From: Acidimicrobiia bacterium
GTDB taxonomy: Bacteria; Actinomycetota; Acidimicrobiia; Spongiisociales; ZC4RG35
Direction of reading: 5' to 3'
Length of the DNA: 58,412 bases
Assembly: GCA_025922945.1 (NCBI GenBank)
Contig: JAICGW010000002.1
Span: 1 to 58,412, forward strand
This document shows, piece by piece, positions 18,587-26,705 of this stretch. The notes under the pieces are model-generated. The model saw only the letters and a program-made list of their open reading frames with translations, was not told the origin of the DNA and ran no database searches. Both the position numbers and the translations under genes were made by a program. How positions within the stretch are numbered: position 1 is the first letter of the stretch; every line of letters begins with the position of its first letter.

Positions 18587-19288
18587 GTCCGAGAGCCGTT
18601 CTGCGGTAAGGACGGAAAGTGCGGCGCGGGCAGCCTCCTGTTCGGCTTCGCGCTTGGAACCGCCACTCCCCTGCCCCCGCAAGCTTCCTCCCACGATCAC
18701 GTCGGCGTGAAATACCTTGCGATGATCGGGTCCGCTGGCCTCGACCCGGTACACCGGGTGAAGGCCTGTCGCCGCCAGCACCTCTTGCAGACGGGTCTTG
18801 TGGTCGGCTCCTCCCGGGCGCCGGGCACGGTTGCGAACCGCTTTTTCCCAGAGCCGGGCGACGCAAGCCGATGCGGCTTCGTATCCACCGTCGAGATAGG
18901 CGGCGCCAATTACCGCCTCCAGCGTGTCGGCGAGGATCGAAGCTTTGGTCCTTCCCCCGGTCACCTCTTCTCCCCGGCCGAGGCGGACATGAGAGGCCAG
19001 CCCGATGCCTATCGCGATCTCGGCCAGGTCGTCGCGACTGACAGCCGCCGCCCTCACCTTGGCCATCTGTCCCTCACTCATCGTCGGATACTCCTCATAT
19101 ATGAAAGCGGTGATAGCGAGGCCGAGAACGGCATCACCGAGAAACTCGAAGCGCTCATTGTCGGCGACGTCGGGGTGTTCGGCCTGGTACGAGCGGTGGA
19201 CCAGGGCCGCCTCGAGAATCTCGGGGTCGCGAAAGCGATAGCCGAGGGCGTCCTCGAGATCGCTAAGGACTGGCTGGCCGCTCATCAA
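18566..19288 (-). CDS. rnc: ribonuclease III
   Basis: 240 aa. Signature 'NERFEFLGDAVLG', C-terminal dsRBD 'GGSKREAEQEAARAAL'. Confidence 0.94.
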   Translation of the reverse strand: MMSGQPVLSDLEDALGYRFRDPEILEAALVHRSYQAEHPDVADNERFEFLGDAVLGLAITAFIYEEYPTMSEGQMAKVRAAAVSRDDLAEIAIGIGLASHVRLGRGEEVTGGRTKASILADTLEAVIGAAYLDGGYEAASACVARLWEKAVRNRARRPGGADHKTRLQEVLAATGLHPVYRVEASGPDHRKVFHADVIVGGSLRGQGSGGSKREAEQEAARAALSVLTAERLSDSDGAVG

Positions 19289-20276
19289 CCAGTTGCCGTT
19301 CGGTGGCGGAGGCCTGCGCCAGACGCCTCTTCATCTCGCCGACCAGGTCGCGGGCCAATCCATCCCGGGCCATGCGCAGGGCGTTGGCGATGGCGATGCG
19401 ACCCGAGGAGCCGTGGGCGATGACGACCACTCCGTTTACGCCCAGGAGATAGGCGCCGCCCGTGTTCTCGTAATCCAGCCGTTCGCCCACCGGCGAAAAC
19501 GCATCCAATAGATGCTGGCGAACGGCTGGGGGGAGCAAGCTCGCAGCATCAGCTACGAGCCTCGTGACCATCTGGGCTATGCCTTCCGTGGTTTTCAGGG
19601 CAACGTTTCCCACGAAGCCATCGGTGACGATGACGTCGGCCTTTCCTCCGCCGAGATCGCGGCCTTCGACGTTGCCGATGAAGTTGATGGGCGCATCAGC
19701 CATCAACTGAAACGCCTCCTTCTCCAATGCCCTGCCCTTGCCCGGTTCCTCGCCGATATTGAGCAGGCCGACCCGGGGCGCATCCATCCCGAAAAAGATC
19801 TCGGCGGCCACCGACCCCATAACCCCGAACTGAATTAGGTGCTCGGCTTTCACCTCGGTGTTAGCTCCGCAGTCGAGGATCAGGGTTGGGGTCTCCGGGG
19901 TGGGAATCACCGAGGCCAGGGCGGGACGGAGAACCCCACGTGCCCGGCCGACGATGATCGCTGCTGCTGCCATGGCTGCCCCGGTTGAGCCCGCCGAGAC
20001 AAAGGCGCCCGCCGCACGGTCCCGCACCAGGCGGGCAGCGACATTTATCGAGGCGTCGGGTTTCTCGCGGAGGGCTCGAGTCGGATCCTCCCCCATCCCG
20101 ATCGCCTCGGAGGCATCCACGATCGTCAACTCGGCCCTGCCCAGCTCTGGTTGCAGTACCGATTTGGCTCCGACCAGCAATAGCTCGACTCCGTCTTCGG
20201 CGGCGAGCTTGGCCCCGGCCACGATTTCGGCGGGAGCGCGGTCCCCTCCCATGGCGTCGAGGGCGATGGCGGTCAT
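19263..20276 (-). CDS. plsX: phosphate acyltransferase PlsX
   Basis: 337 aa. 'IALDAMGGDRAP', 'DCGANTEVKAEHLIQFG' and 'GFVGNVALKTTEG' are typical of PlsX. Confidence 0.93.
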   Translation of the reverse strand: MTAIALDAMGGDRAPAEIVAGAKLAAEDGVELLLVGAKSVLQPELGRAELTIVDASEAIGMGEDPTRALREKPDASINVAARLVRDRAAGAFVSAGSTGAAMAAAAIIVGRARGVLRPALASVIPTPETPTLILDCGANTEVKAEHLIQFGVMGSVAAEIFFGMDAPRVGLLNIGEEPGKGRALEKEAFQLMADAPINFIGNVEGRDLGGGKADVIVTDGFVGNVALKTTEGIAQMVTRLVADAASLLPPAVRQHLLDAFSPVGERLDYENTGGAYLLGVNGVVVIAHGSSGRIAIANALRMARDGLARDLVGEMKRRLAQASATERQLVDERPASP

Positions 20277-20332
20277 TCGCCCTTATTCAAGTCCGCACCT
20301 CGATCTCAACCAGTCATCGAGGGCGACGCCGG

Positions 20333-20509
20333 TCATTCGGTCTCGAGAACCTCGCGACCCCGGTAGGTGCCACAGTTGGGACATGCCCGGTGCGGCAACT
20401 TGACCGTGTTACAACGCGGACATAGCGAGGTCGACGGCCGGGCAATCTTCCAGGCTGACCGGCGCGAACGCGTCCGCATGCGCGACATTTTCTTCTTTGG
20501 CACCGCCAT
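20333..20509 (-). CDS. rpmF: 50S ribosomal protein L32 (below the ORF-track length cut-off)
   Basis: Manual minus-strand translation gives MAVPKKKMSRMRTRSRRSAWKIARPSTSLCPRCNTVKLPHRACPNCGTYRGREVLETE (58 aa), the canonical L32 N-terminus plus a CxxC...CxxC zinc ribbon. It sits in the conserved plsX-rpmF-yceD position. Confidence 0.93.
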   Translation of the reverse strand: MAVPKKKMSRMRTRSRRSAWKIARPSTSLCPRCNTVKLPHRACPNCGTYRGREVLETE

Positions 20510-20521
20510 GGTGTCTTCCTT

Positions 20522-21013
20522 TTAGGATCCGAACAGTTGCTTGAGAGCCGCAAAGGGTCCCTCGGAGAGGTCTCCGTGACCTTCGCAGGGAGCATCATTC
20601 AAGTCGGCTCCACATTCTGGGCAAATTCCGGCGCAATGCGGACGACAAAGCGGATCCGCGGGAAGGGCCAGGGAGAGCTCGTCATGGACCACCCCCTCGA
20701 GGTCGATGACCCCGTCGGACGCGATCGCATTCTGATCCCCGTCGGGATGGCGAACGAACAACTCCGACCACTGGGTCTCCACCGGTCCCTCCCACTCGCG
20801 CAGGCAGCGAACGCAGACGTGATCGGCCATGATCCCCGACCAACCCTCGGCCAGGATCCCTTCCCCGACGGCGGTGAGGTGGGCGAAAGTGGCCGAGCTC
20901 GAACGCGTGGTGGTTTCCCCGACCTTGAGGAAGAGCTTCACCTCCCCGTGGACATCGCGGTGCGAGCCGGGATGGCCGAGGAGGTCGGAGACCTGGAATC
21001 TGAGGTCGCCCAT
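20522..21013 (-). CDS. yceD: YceD/DUF177 family protein
   Basis: 163 aa. C-terminal 'CRPHCAGICPECGADLNDAPCEGH' Cys cluster and position upstream of rpmF are typical of DUF177. Confidence 0.85.
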   Translation of the reverse strand: MGDLRFQVSDLLGHPGSHRDVHGEVKLFLKVGETTTRSSSATFAHLTAVGEGILAEGWSGIMADHVCVRCLREWEGPVETQWSELFVRHPDGDQNAIASDGVIDLEGVVHDELSLALPADPLCRPHCAGICPECGADLNDAPCEGHGDLSEGPFAALKQLFGS

Positions 21014-21522
21014 CAGTCAAGCGGTGGTGGTGGTGACTTGGGCCGGGCCTTGTGGAACTCGTCGCGGGCGAAATGCACCCGGCCCAGCAGCTCCGTCAGA
21101 AGCGTCTCGATTCTCGAGAGATGCCCATCGATCTCGTCCTCGGATTCGAGCCGAAGACGGCGGGCGTCACCCTCGGCCCTCCTGACCAAGATGTTCGCCT
21201 CCTCGACTGCCTCCGAAAGAATGTGATTCTCCGAGACCATCCGGCGAGATTCCGACTGAGCCCGGTCCATGATTTCTTTGGCTCTCTCGTTCGTCCGGGC
21301 AATGAAGGCTTCTCGTTCCCGCACCATCCAGCGAGCAGCCCGCAGCTCGTTGGGCAGATCTGCCTGCAGCTTCTGGAGCCGTTCGGTGATCCAATCACGG
21401 TCGATGAGGATGTTGCCGGAGAGCGGGACCGACTTCGCCTCCTGAACCTCGGCGATGAGCGTCTCGATCAGCTCGAAGACATCGATGCTCTCGGTCTCGC
21501 GCAGGTCGGTCTCGTCGGTCAC
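21013..21522 (-). CDS. DivIVA-like coiled-coil protein, SepIVA (Rv2927c)-like
   Basis: 'VFELIETLIAEVQEAKSVPLSGNILIDRDWITERLQKLQADLPNELRAARWMV' resembles the SepIVA N-terminus as I recall it, and synteny matches. GTG 21522 overlaps the coaD TGA (GTGA). The track start 21627 would overlap coaD by about 100 nt. Confidence 0.7.
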   Translation of the reverse strand: MTDETDLRETESIDVFELIETLIAEVQEAKSVPLSGNILIDRDWITERLQKLQADLPNELRAARWMVREREAFIARTNERAKEIMDRAQSESRRMVSENHILSEAVEEANILVRRAEGDARRLRLESEDEIDGHLSRIETLLTELLGRVHFARDEFHKARPKSPPPPLD

Positions 21523-21983
21523 AACCGCTCCTTCAGAATCCTGACGACGGCCTCTGGAACCAGCGTGCCCACCTCTCCCCCCAGCCGAGCAACCTCGCGC
21601 ACCAGCGAGCTCGATAGATAGCTCCATTGCGGATTGGTGGGAATGAAGTAAGTCTCGACTCCGGCCAGGGTCCGGTTCATCTGCGCCATCTGCAACTCGT
21701 AATCGAAGTCGCTCACCGCCCGCAAGCCTTTGACCACGAGATCCACCCCCTTCTCACGGGCAAAATCGACCAACAGTCCTTCAAATGCTTCGACTTCGGC
21801 CCGCCCTTCGAGAAGCTCGTTGAGCAAATCGACGCGATCGGTAGCCGGTAGGAAGGGTTGCTTGGATGGGTTCTCGACCACACCAACCACGACCCGGTCG
21901 AAGGTGTCGATGGCGCGATTGATCACATCGAGGTGGCCGTTAGTCGGTGGGTCAAAGCTGCCGGGGCAAAGCGCGGTCGTCAA
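21519..21983 (-). CDS. coaD: phosphopantetheine adenylyltransferase
   Basis: 154 aa. 'CPGSFDPPTNGHLDVI' (T/HxGH) and 'ISSSLVRE' motifs. The TTG start overlaps the rsmD stop. Confidence 0.93.
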   Translation of the reverse strand: MTTALCPGSFDPPTNGHLDVINRAIDTFDRVVVGVVENPSKQPFLPATDRVDLLNELLEGRAEVEAFEGLLVDFAREKGVDLVVKGLRAVSDFDYELQMAQMNRTLAGVETYFIPTNPQWSYLSSSLVREVARLGGEVGTLVPEAVVRILKERL

Positions 21984-22540
21984 GGTCGCTCCGTTTCGTC
22001 CCCATATTGTTGCGCATAGCGCAGGAGAAGGCTGTCACCGTACCGGTAGGTAGCCCGAAGCTGCCAACCAACGGGAGCCGGAGGCACCGCGCTCGCCCGT
22101 CGACGATGGACCACCAGCTCGCCGATGCCCAAAGCCGCCGCCGCCCTGATCTCTCTTGTGACCTCTTCGTCGGCACGCGACCACGGAGGATCGATGAACA
22201 CCAGGTCGAATGATCCGTCTGCCGCGGCGAGGAAACTCGCTACTCGTCTGTCGCTCACCACTGCTCGATTGGCGAACCCAAGCGTGGCCAGGTTTTGGCG
22301 GAGAGCCACGAGAGCCTTGCGGCCATTCTCGACGAACGTACAGCGTCTTGCACCGCGCGAGAGAGCCTCGATGCCGATCGAGCCAGAGCCGGCGTAGAGG
22401 TCGAGAACCTCGGAATCCACCACGCCCTGGCCGAGGGCCGAAAAGATCCCCTCCTTGGCCCGGTCGGTCAACGGCCGCGTATCGCGGGTATCGGGGGCGA
22501 TCAACGAACGTCCCTTGGCCGATCCGGCGATTACCCGCAT
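21980..22540 (-). CDS. rsmD: 16S rRNA (guanine966-N2)-methyltransferase
   Basis: 186 aa. 'MRVIAGSAKGRSL..P....RP', SAM motif 'VLDLYAGSGSIGIEALSRGA' and 'DPPW' motif ('FDLVFIDPPW'). Confidence 0.9.
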   Translation of the reverse strand: MRVIAGSAKGRSLIAPDTRDTRPLTDRAKEGIFSALGQGVVDSEVLDLYAGSGSIGIEALSRGARRCTFVENGRKALVALRQNLATLGFANRAVVSDRRVASFLAAADGSFDLVFIDPPWSRADEEVTREIRAAAALGIGELVVHRRRASAVPPAPVGWQLRATYRYGDSLLLRYAQQYGDETERP

Positions 22541-22547
22541 TTTTTCG

Positions 22548-24716
22548 CTAGGACTTGAGGAGCCATTCCACTTTCTCGCCGAGGAGGGCGCGGATCTCCT
22601 CTTTCATCTCCTCGTGGTGGGAGAGATCGGGATCGCGGTCGACGAGGGCGAAGGCCTCCCGACGAGCGACGAAAAGCTCGCGGTAATCGCGAATGATGTC
22701 GGCCAACTTGAGATCGACCATCCCGGATTGGCGCGCCCCGAAAACCGTCCCCTGCCCTCTGAGGGTGAGATCGATCTCGGCGAGCCGAAATCCGTCGTTG
22801 GTGTCCGCCATCGCCGCGATCCTCGCCTTGCCCTCGGGCGTGCTGGGGTCGGAGATCAATATGCACCGACCGGGATGCTCGCCCCGGCCGACCCGCCCGC
22901 GCAATTGATGAAGCTGGGAGAGGCCAAACCGGTCGGCATCCTCGATCACCATCACGGTGGCGTTGGGAACGTCGATCCCCACCTCGATCACGGTCGTCGA
23001 CACCAGCACATCAATCTCACCCCGTCTGAACGCAGACATGATCGCTTCCTTGTCGGGCGAGGCGAGCTGGCCGTGGATTAGCCCTACCCGGAGGTCGGAG
23101 AAGACCTTCGAAAGACGACTGAACTCGGCAGTGGCGGACGCCAGTTCCATCTTCTCGCTTTCCTCGACCAGGGGACAGACGACGAATGCCTGCCGGCCCG
23201 CCGCCACTTCCTCGCGCACGACCTGCCAGGCCTCGGCTTGACGGGTCTTGGGAAAAACGCTGGTGGCGACGGGCGATCGACCAGGCGGCATCTCATCGAG
23301 ATGAGAGACGTCGAGGTCGCCGTAGAGGGTGATCGAGAGGGTCCGCGGGATCGGCGTCGCGGTCATGATGAGCAGATCCGGGTCGGCCTCGGTGGCCTTG
23401 TCCTTCAGGAGTACCCGTTGCCCCACCCCGAATCGGTGCTGCTCGTCCACCACGGCCACGGCCAGATCCCCGAATGCAACGCCTTCTTGAATCAGGGCAT
23501 GGGTCCCGATAACCAAGTCGACCTTGCCGGAAGCAATGGCATCCAGAACCTCAGATCTCGTGGCCCCGGGGTCGTAATTCGTCCGCACCTGGGCCGAGGT
23601 CAACAGTGCGATTCGCACCGGCAGGTCCGAGGACGGCTCTGCAAAAAGGCTCTCCATCCCCAAACGTGTCTCGGATTCTTCACCGGGTGAGAGGCCGGCG
23701 CGCTCGAGGAGGCTGCGGATGCCAAGGAAGTGCTGTCCGGCCAGAACCTCGGTGGGAGCCATGACCGCGGCTTGCGATCCACCGGAGACGGCTTCCAGCA
23801 TGGCTGCCACCGCCACCACCGTCTTTCCCGACCCCACTTCCCCCTGCAGCAGGCGGTGCATGGCATGCGGGGCTCGGAGGTCGGAGCGGATTTCCCCCAG
23901 TACCCGCCATTGCGCCTCGGTGAGGGCATAAGGCAAGCCAGCCAGAAAGCGCTCGGCCAGCTCCCCACCGACGGCGTGGGCGCGTCCGCGCGATTCGGCA
24001 ATCTGGCGGCGCTTCTGCAAGGCGAGGGCCAACTCCAGTCGGAAGAGCTCGTCGAAGATCAACCGTCGGCGGGCGTTGTCAACGTCAGTCGGTTCCGAAG
24101 GAAAGTGGATCTGGTTGTAGGCGGTCTCACGGTCGACAAGCTCGAGCTCCGAGCGGATCGGTTCCGGAATCGGATCGCTCATCGGAGAAGACCGGCGCAG
24201 TGAGTTGTGAATCCATCGCCGGATGTAGCCCGGTTTGACTCCCTTGACGCCGGGATAGATCGGAACCAGGCGACCGGTGGCGAGCCCTTCGACGGGCCGG
24301 TCGAGAACGTCCACAGTCGGGCTCGACATCCGCAGCTTTCCCTTGAAGCGCTGAATCTTTCCCGAGGCGGCGATCTCGGCCCCTTCGCTCAGCTGGCGAT
24401 AGCGAAAGTCCTGGTTGAAAAAGACCAGCGACACCGAGCCCGTCCCATCGGTGATGGTCGACTCGACTATCACCAGCCCGCGGCGGGGGCGGCGAATGCT
24501 GGTCTTCTGGACCTTGCCCACCGCAGTGACCTCCTCGTCCAGCGGTAGCAGGGCAAGTTCGGGGTTACGGGTGCGATCGATATAGCGGCGCGGGAACCAG
24601 CCGACCAGGTCGGCCACGGTCTTGATTCCCGAGCGGCGCAGAGAGCTCCCGCGGCCATTGCCCACTCCACTTACCTCTTCAATCTTGATGCCCGCCAGCC
24701 GTGCCAACGACGCCAC
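22548..24716 (-). CDS. recG: ATP-dependent DNA helicase RecG
   Basis: 722 aa. Wedge/OB N-terminus, 'LQGEVGSGKTVVA', 'VVDEQHRFGV', 'LHQLRGRVGRG', C-terminal TRG-like region. Confidence 0.94.
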   Translation of the reverse strand: MASLARLAGIKIEEVSGVGNGRGSSLRRSGIKTVADLVGWFPRRYIDRTRNPELALLPLDEEVTAVGKVQKTSIRRPRRGLVIVESTITDGTGSVSLVFFNQDFRYRQLSEGAEIAASGKIQRFKGKLRMSSPTVDVLDRPVEGLATGRLVPIYPGVKGVKPGYIRRWIHNSLRRSSPMSDPIPEPIRSELELVDRETAYNQIHFPSEPTDVDNARRRLIFDELFRLELALALQKRRQIAESRGRAHAVGGELAERFLAGLPYALTEAQWRVLGEIRSDLRAPHAMHRLLQGEVGSGKTVVAVAAMLEAVSGGSQAAVMAPTEVLAGQHFLGIRSLLERAGLSPGEESETRLGMESLFAEPSSDLPVRIALLTSAQVRTNYDPGATRSEVLDAIASGKVDLVIGTHALIQEGVAFGDLAVAVVDEQHRFGVGQRVLLKDKATEADPDLLIMTATPIPRTLSITLYGDLDVSHLDEMPPGRSPVATSVFPKTRQAEAWQVVREEVAAGRQAFVVCPLVEESEKMELASATAEFSRLSKVFSDLRVGLIHGQLASPDKEAIMSAFRRGEIDVLVSTTVIEVGIDVPNATVMVIEDADRFGLSQLHQLRGRVGRGEHPGRCILISDPSTPEGKARIAAMADTNDGFRLAEIDLTLRGQGTVFGARQSGMVDLKLADIIRDYRELFVARREAFALVDRDPDLSHHEEMKEEIRALLGEKVEWLLKS

Positions 24717-24792
24717 CCCGTCAAGGTAGACCGATCCCGGGACAGCGACCGATTACTGATGGAAGGCCCGCCCGGCTAATCTTTGGTGCTCT

Positions 24793-24981
24793 ATGTCCTA
24801 CCGCTGTGAAGTGTGCGGTAAGGAGCCAAGCTACGGACGCACCGTCAGCTTCTCGCACAAGCGCAATAACCGGCGCTGGCTCCCGAACATCCAGTTGATC
24901 CGCGTCAAGCACGGGTCCAACACCCGCCGCGCCCGAATCTGCACCTCCTGCATCCGGGCCGGGAAGGTGGAGAAGGTTTAG
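24793..24981 (+). CDS. rpmB: 50S ribosomal protein L28
   Basis: 62 aa. 'CEVCGKEPSYGRTVSFSHKRNNRRWLPNIQ' is canonical L28 (Cys-containing form). Confidence 0.93.
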   Translation: MSYRCEVCGKEPSYGRTVSFSHKRNNRRWLPNIQLIRVKHGSNTRRARICTSCIRAGKVEKV

Positions 24982-24984
24982 TTC

Positions 24985-25197
24985 GTGCAGGGAGTCGTCA
25001 AGGTGTACGACCCCGTAACCGGAGCCGGAGTCATCGTTCGCGACGACGATCGTTCCGAGGTCTATCTCCAGCCAGGAGCCCTGGATGGTTCGATCTTCCG
25101 GTCCCTGCGCCAGGGCCAACGGATCGTCTTCGAAATCGAGGAACAGGATGGGCGGCCGTTTGCCAAGTCGGTCCGGATCGGCTCCGACGGCTATTGA
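24985..25197 (+). CDS. divergent cold-shock-domain-like (OB-fold) protein
   Basis: 70 aa. '(M)QGVVKVYDPVTGAGVIVRDD...VYLQPGAL......LRQGQRIVFEI' has CSD-like spacing but lacks a classic KGFGFI RNP1. GTG start lies 3 nt after the rpmB stop. Confidence 0.6.
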   Translation: MQGVVKVYDPVTGAGVIVRDDDRSEVYLQPGALDGSIFRSLRQGQRIVFEIEEQDGRPFAKSVRIGSDGY

Positions 25198-25272
25198 GCT
25201 CCCGCCCGGGCGCGCCCGCCCCCCTGTCGGTATAGTCGCCTACCAACACAGCCCCAACCGTTAGGAGCATTC

Positions 25273-25506
25273 GTGATCCAGGCATTCGTGCTCATCCAGA
25301 CCGAGGTGGGCAAGGCCGCTCATGTCGCCGAGCAGGTGCGCGCCATCCAGGGCGTCGAATCCGCCGATGATGTGACGGGCCCCTACGACGTCATCGTCAA
25401 GGCTTCTGCTCCCGACGTCGACGCACTCGGCAAACTGGTCGTGGCCCGGATCCAATCGATCGAAGGAATCACCCGGACTCTCACCAGCCCGGTGGTCCAT
25501 CTCTAG
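25273..25506 (+). CDS. stand-alone Lrp/AsnC ligand-binding (RAM) domain protein
   Basis: 77 aa. 'IQAFVLIQTEVGKAAHVAEQVRAIQGVESADDVTGPYDVIVKA' fits the AsnC_trans_reg domain pattern with no HTH. A GGAG RBS lies 5 nt before the GTG. Confidence 0.7.
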   Translation: MIQAFVLIQTEVGKAAHVAEQVRAIQGVESADDVTGPYDVIVKASAPDVDALGKLVVARIQSIEGITRTLTSPVVHL

Positions 25507-26669
25507 TCCTGCCTGATCCAAACCGAGGCTGAGGCCGGCTGGACCGTTCGGGTCACTACGCCGGTCAATCCACCAGTGAGCGATCCCAGCTCTACTTGAT
25601 TCCGCAGGCGGGCGGCAAAAGACGCCACCACTTGCTCGGCGTCATATCGGCCCCGGTTGAAACGACGGTCCACCGTGTCCTGTAGACGGCGACGCGCGGG
25701 ATTGAACATCGCCGCTACCGCCAGGGTCGAGCCTGCCACTGCCAGATCACTCTCTCCGGGGAGCACCGCGCGGAGCAAGAACACCGCTCCCACGTAGACC
25801 GCCACCGACAGTCCAATCACCAGTCCATAACTCACCGTCCGCGAGACGAGACGATCGATCGCGTAGAGGCGGTAGCGAAGGATGGCCACACCGATGGCGA
25901 CAGGAATGAACAAGATGAAGAGGCTCACGAGCCAGGTCGCCGACTGGTAGAAGCGGGGCACCAACAGGCGAAATATCACCTCAACGACAACTATGACCAA
26001 GCCGTTGAGAGCGCTGGCGTACACCACCCACTTCAGCTGCAAACGCCTATCACCGGTGGCCTGACGGAAGCGGATGATGATCGAGATCACTACCAACAAT
26101 GCAGAAATCTGGAGAAACAAATAGCTGGCGAACTGGAGAGCGGTGGTTAGCGAATCGAGGCTTCTCACTTCGAGCGGATTCGAAAAGCCAGGCACATCGG
26201 AAGGGCCGAAAAAGAAGCCCAGAAACGCAAGCACAGCTCCGGTCCAAAGCCCGATAACCGCGAGCCGCCAGCGCCGCGAGAGGAGTTGTCCGTCGGGAAA
26301 GATGGCGAGCGCATGAAACAGCGCCGCGATGGGAATCATCCACATCCACGAAGGGCCTAAGGCGCCGATCGCGCCCAAAGGCGACGCTGACGTCCCACTC
26401 AGCATGACTCCCACCCGGTAAAACACTTCGAGGGCCGCAGACCCGATCCCTGCCACCTGGAGCAGCCGTCCGATCGGGTTGTCAGGACGCGAGCGATCGA
26501 CTACGTAGCCGATGATGGCGAAAGCAGCTCCCCAGGCCAATGGCGCCCCCGGGGCACCCCAGGCACCCGGGGCCGAACTGCTTGCGAACAATAGAACTGC
26601 CGCCGGGACGGCGATAACCGCCGTCAGCAGGATCAATACCAACCGGATCACCGGCCGCCGTGCCGTCAC
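25503..26669 (-). CDS. polytopic membrane protein, sensor-input-like, no output domain
   Basis: 388 aa, roughly 9-10 hydrophobic helices. The C-terminal 'FNPARRRLQDTVDRRFNRGRYDAEQVV' segment usually links TM sensor modules to kinase domains in actinobacteria. Here the protein ends about 50 aa later. Confidence 0.6.
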   Translation of the reverse strand: MTARRPVIRLVLILLTAVIAVPAAVLLFASSSAPGAWGAPGAPLAWGAAFAIIGYVVDRSRPDNPIGRLLQVAGIGSAALEVFYRVGVMLSGTSASPLGAIGALGPSWMWMIPIAALFHALAIFPDGQLLSRRWRLAVIGLWTGAVLAFLGFFFGPSDVPGFSNPLEVRSLDSLTTALQFASYLFLQISALLVVISIIIRFRQATGDRRLQLKWVVYASALNGLVIVVVEVIFRLLVPRFYQSATWLVSLFILFIPVAIGVAILRYRLYAIDRLVSRTVSYGLVIGLSVAVYVGAVFLLRAVLPGESDLAVAGSTLAVAAMFNPARRRLQDTVDRRFNRGRYDAEQVVASFAARLRNQVELGSLTGGLTGVVTRTVQPASASVWIRQD

Positions 26670-26705
26670 GAAGACTCATGGTGGCACGTCATCGTCACGG
26701 TGGCG

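Noticed and set aside
20314-20598. 94-aa - strand ORF between plsX and yceD
   Set aside because: A different frame of the same strand encodes canonical L32 (20333-20509). The 94-aa frame has no recognisable features and overlaps yceD.
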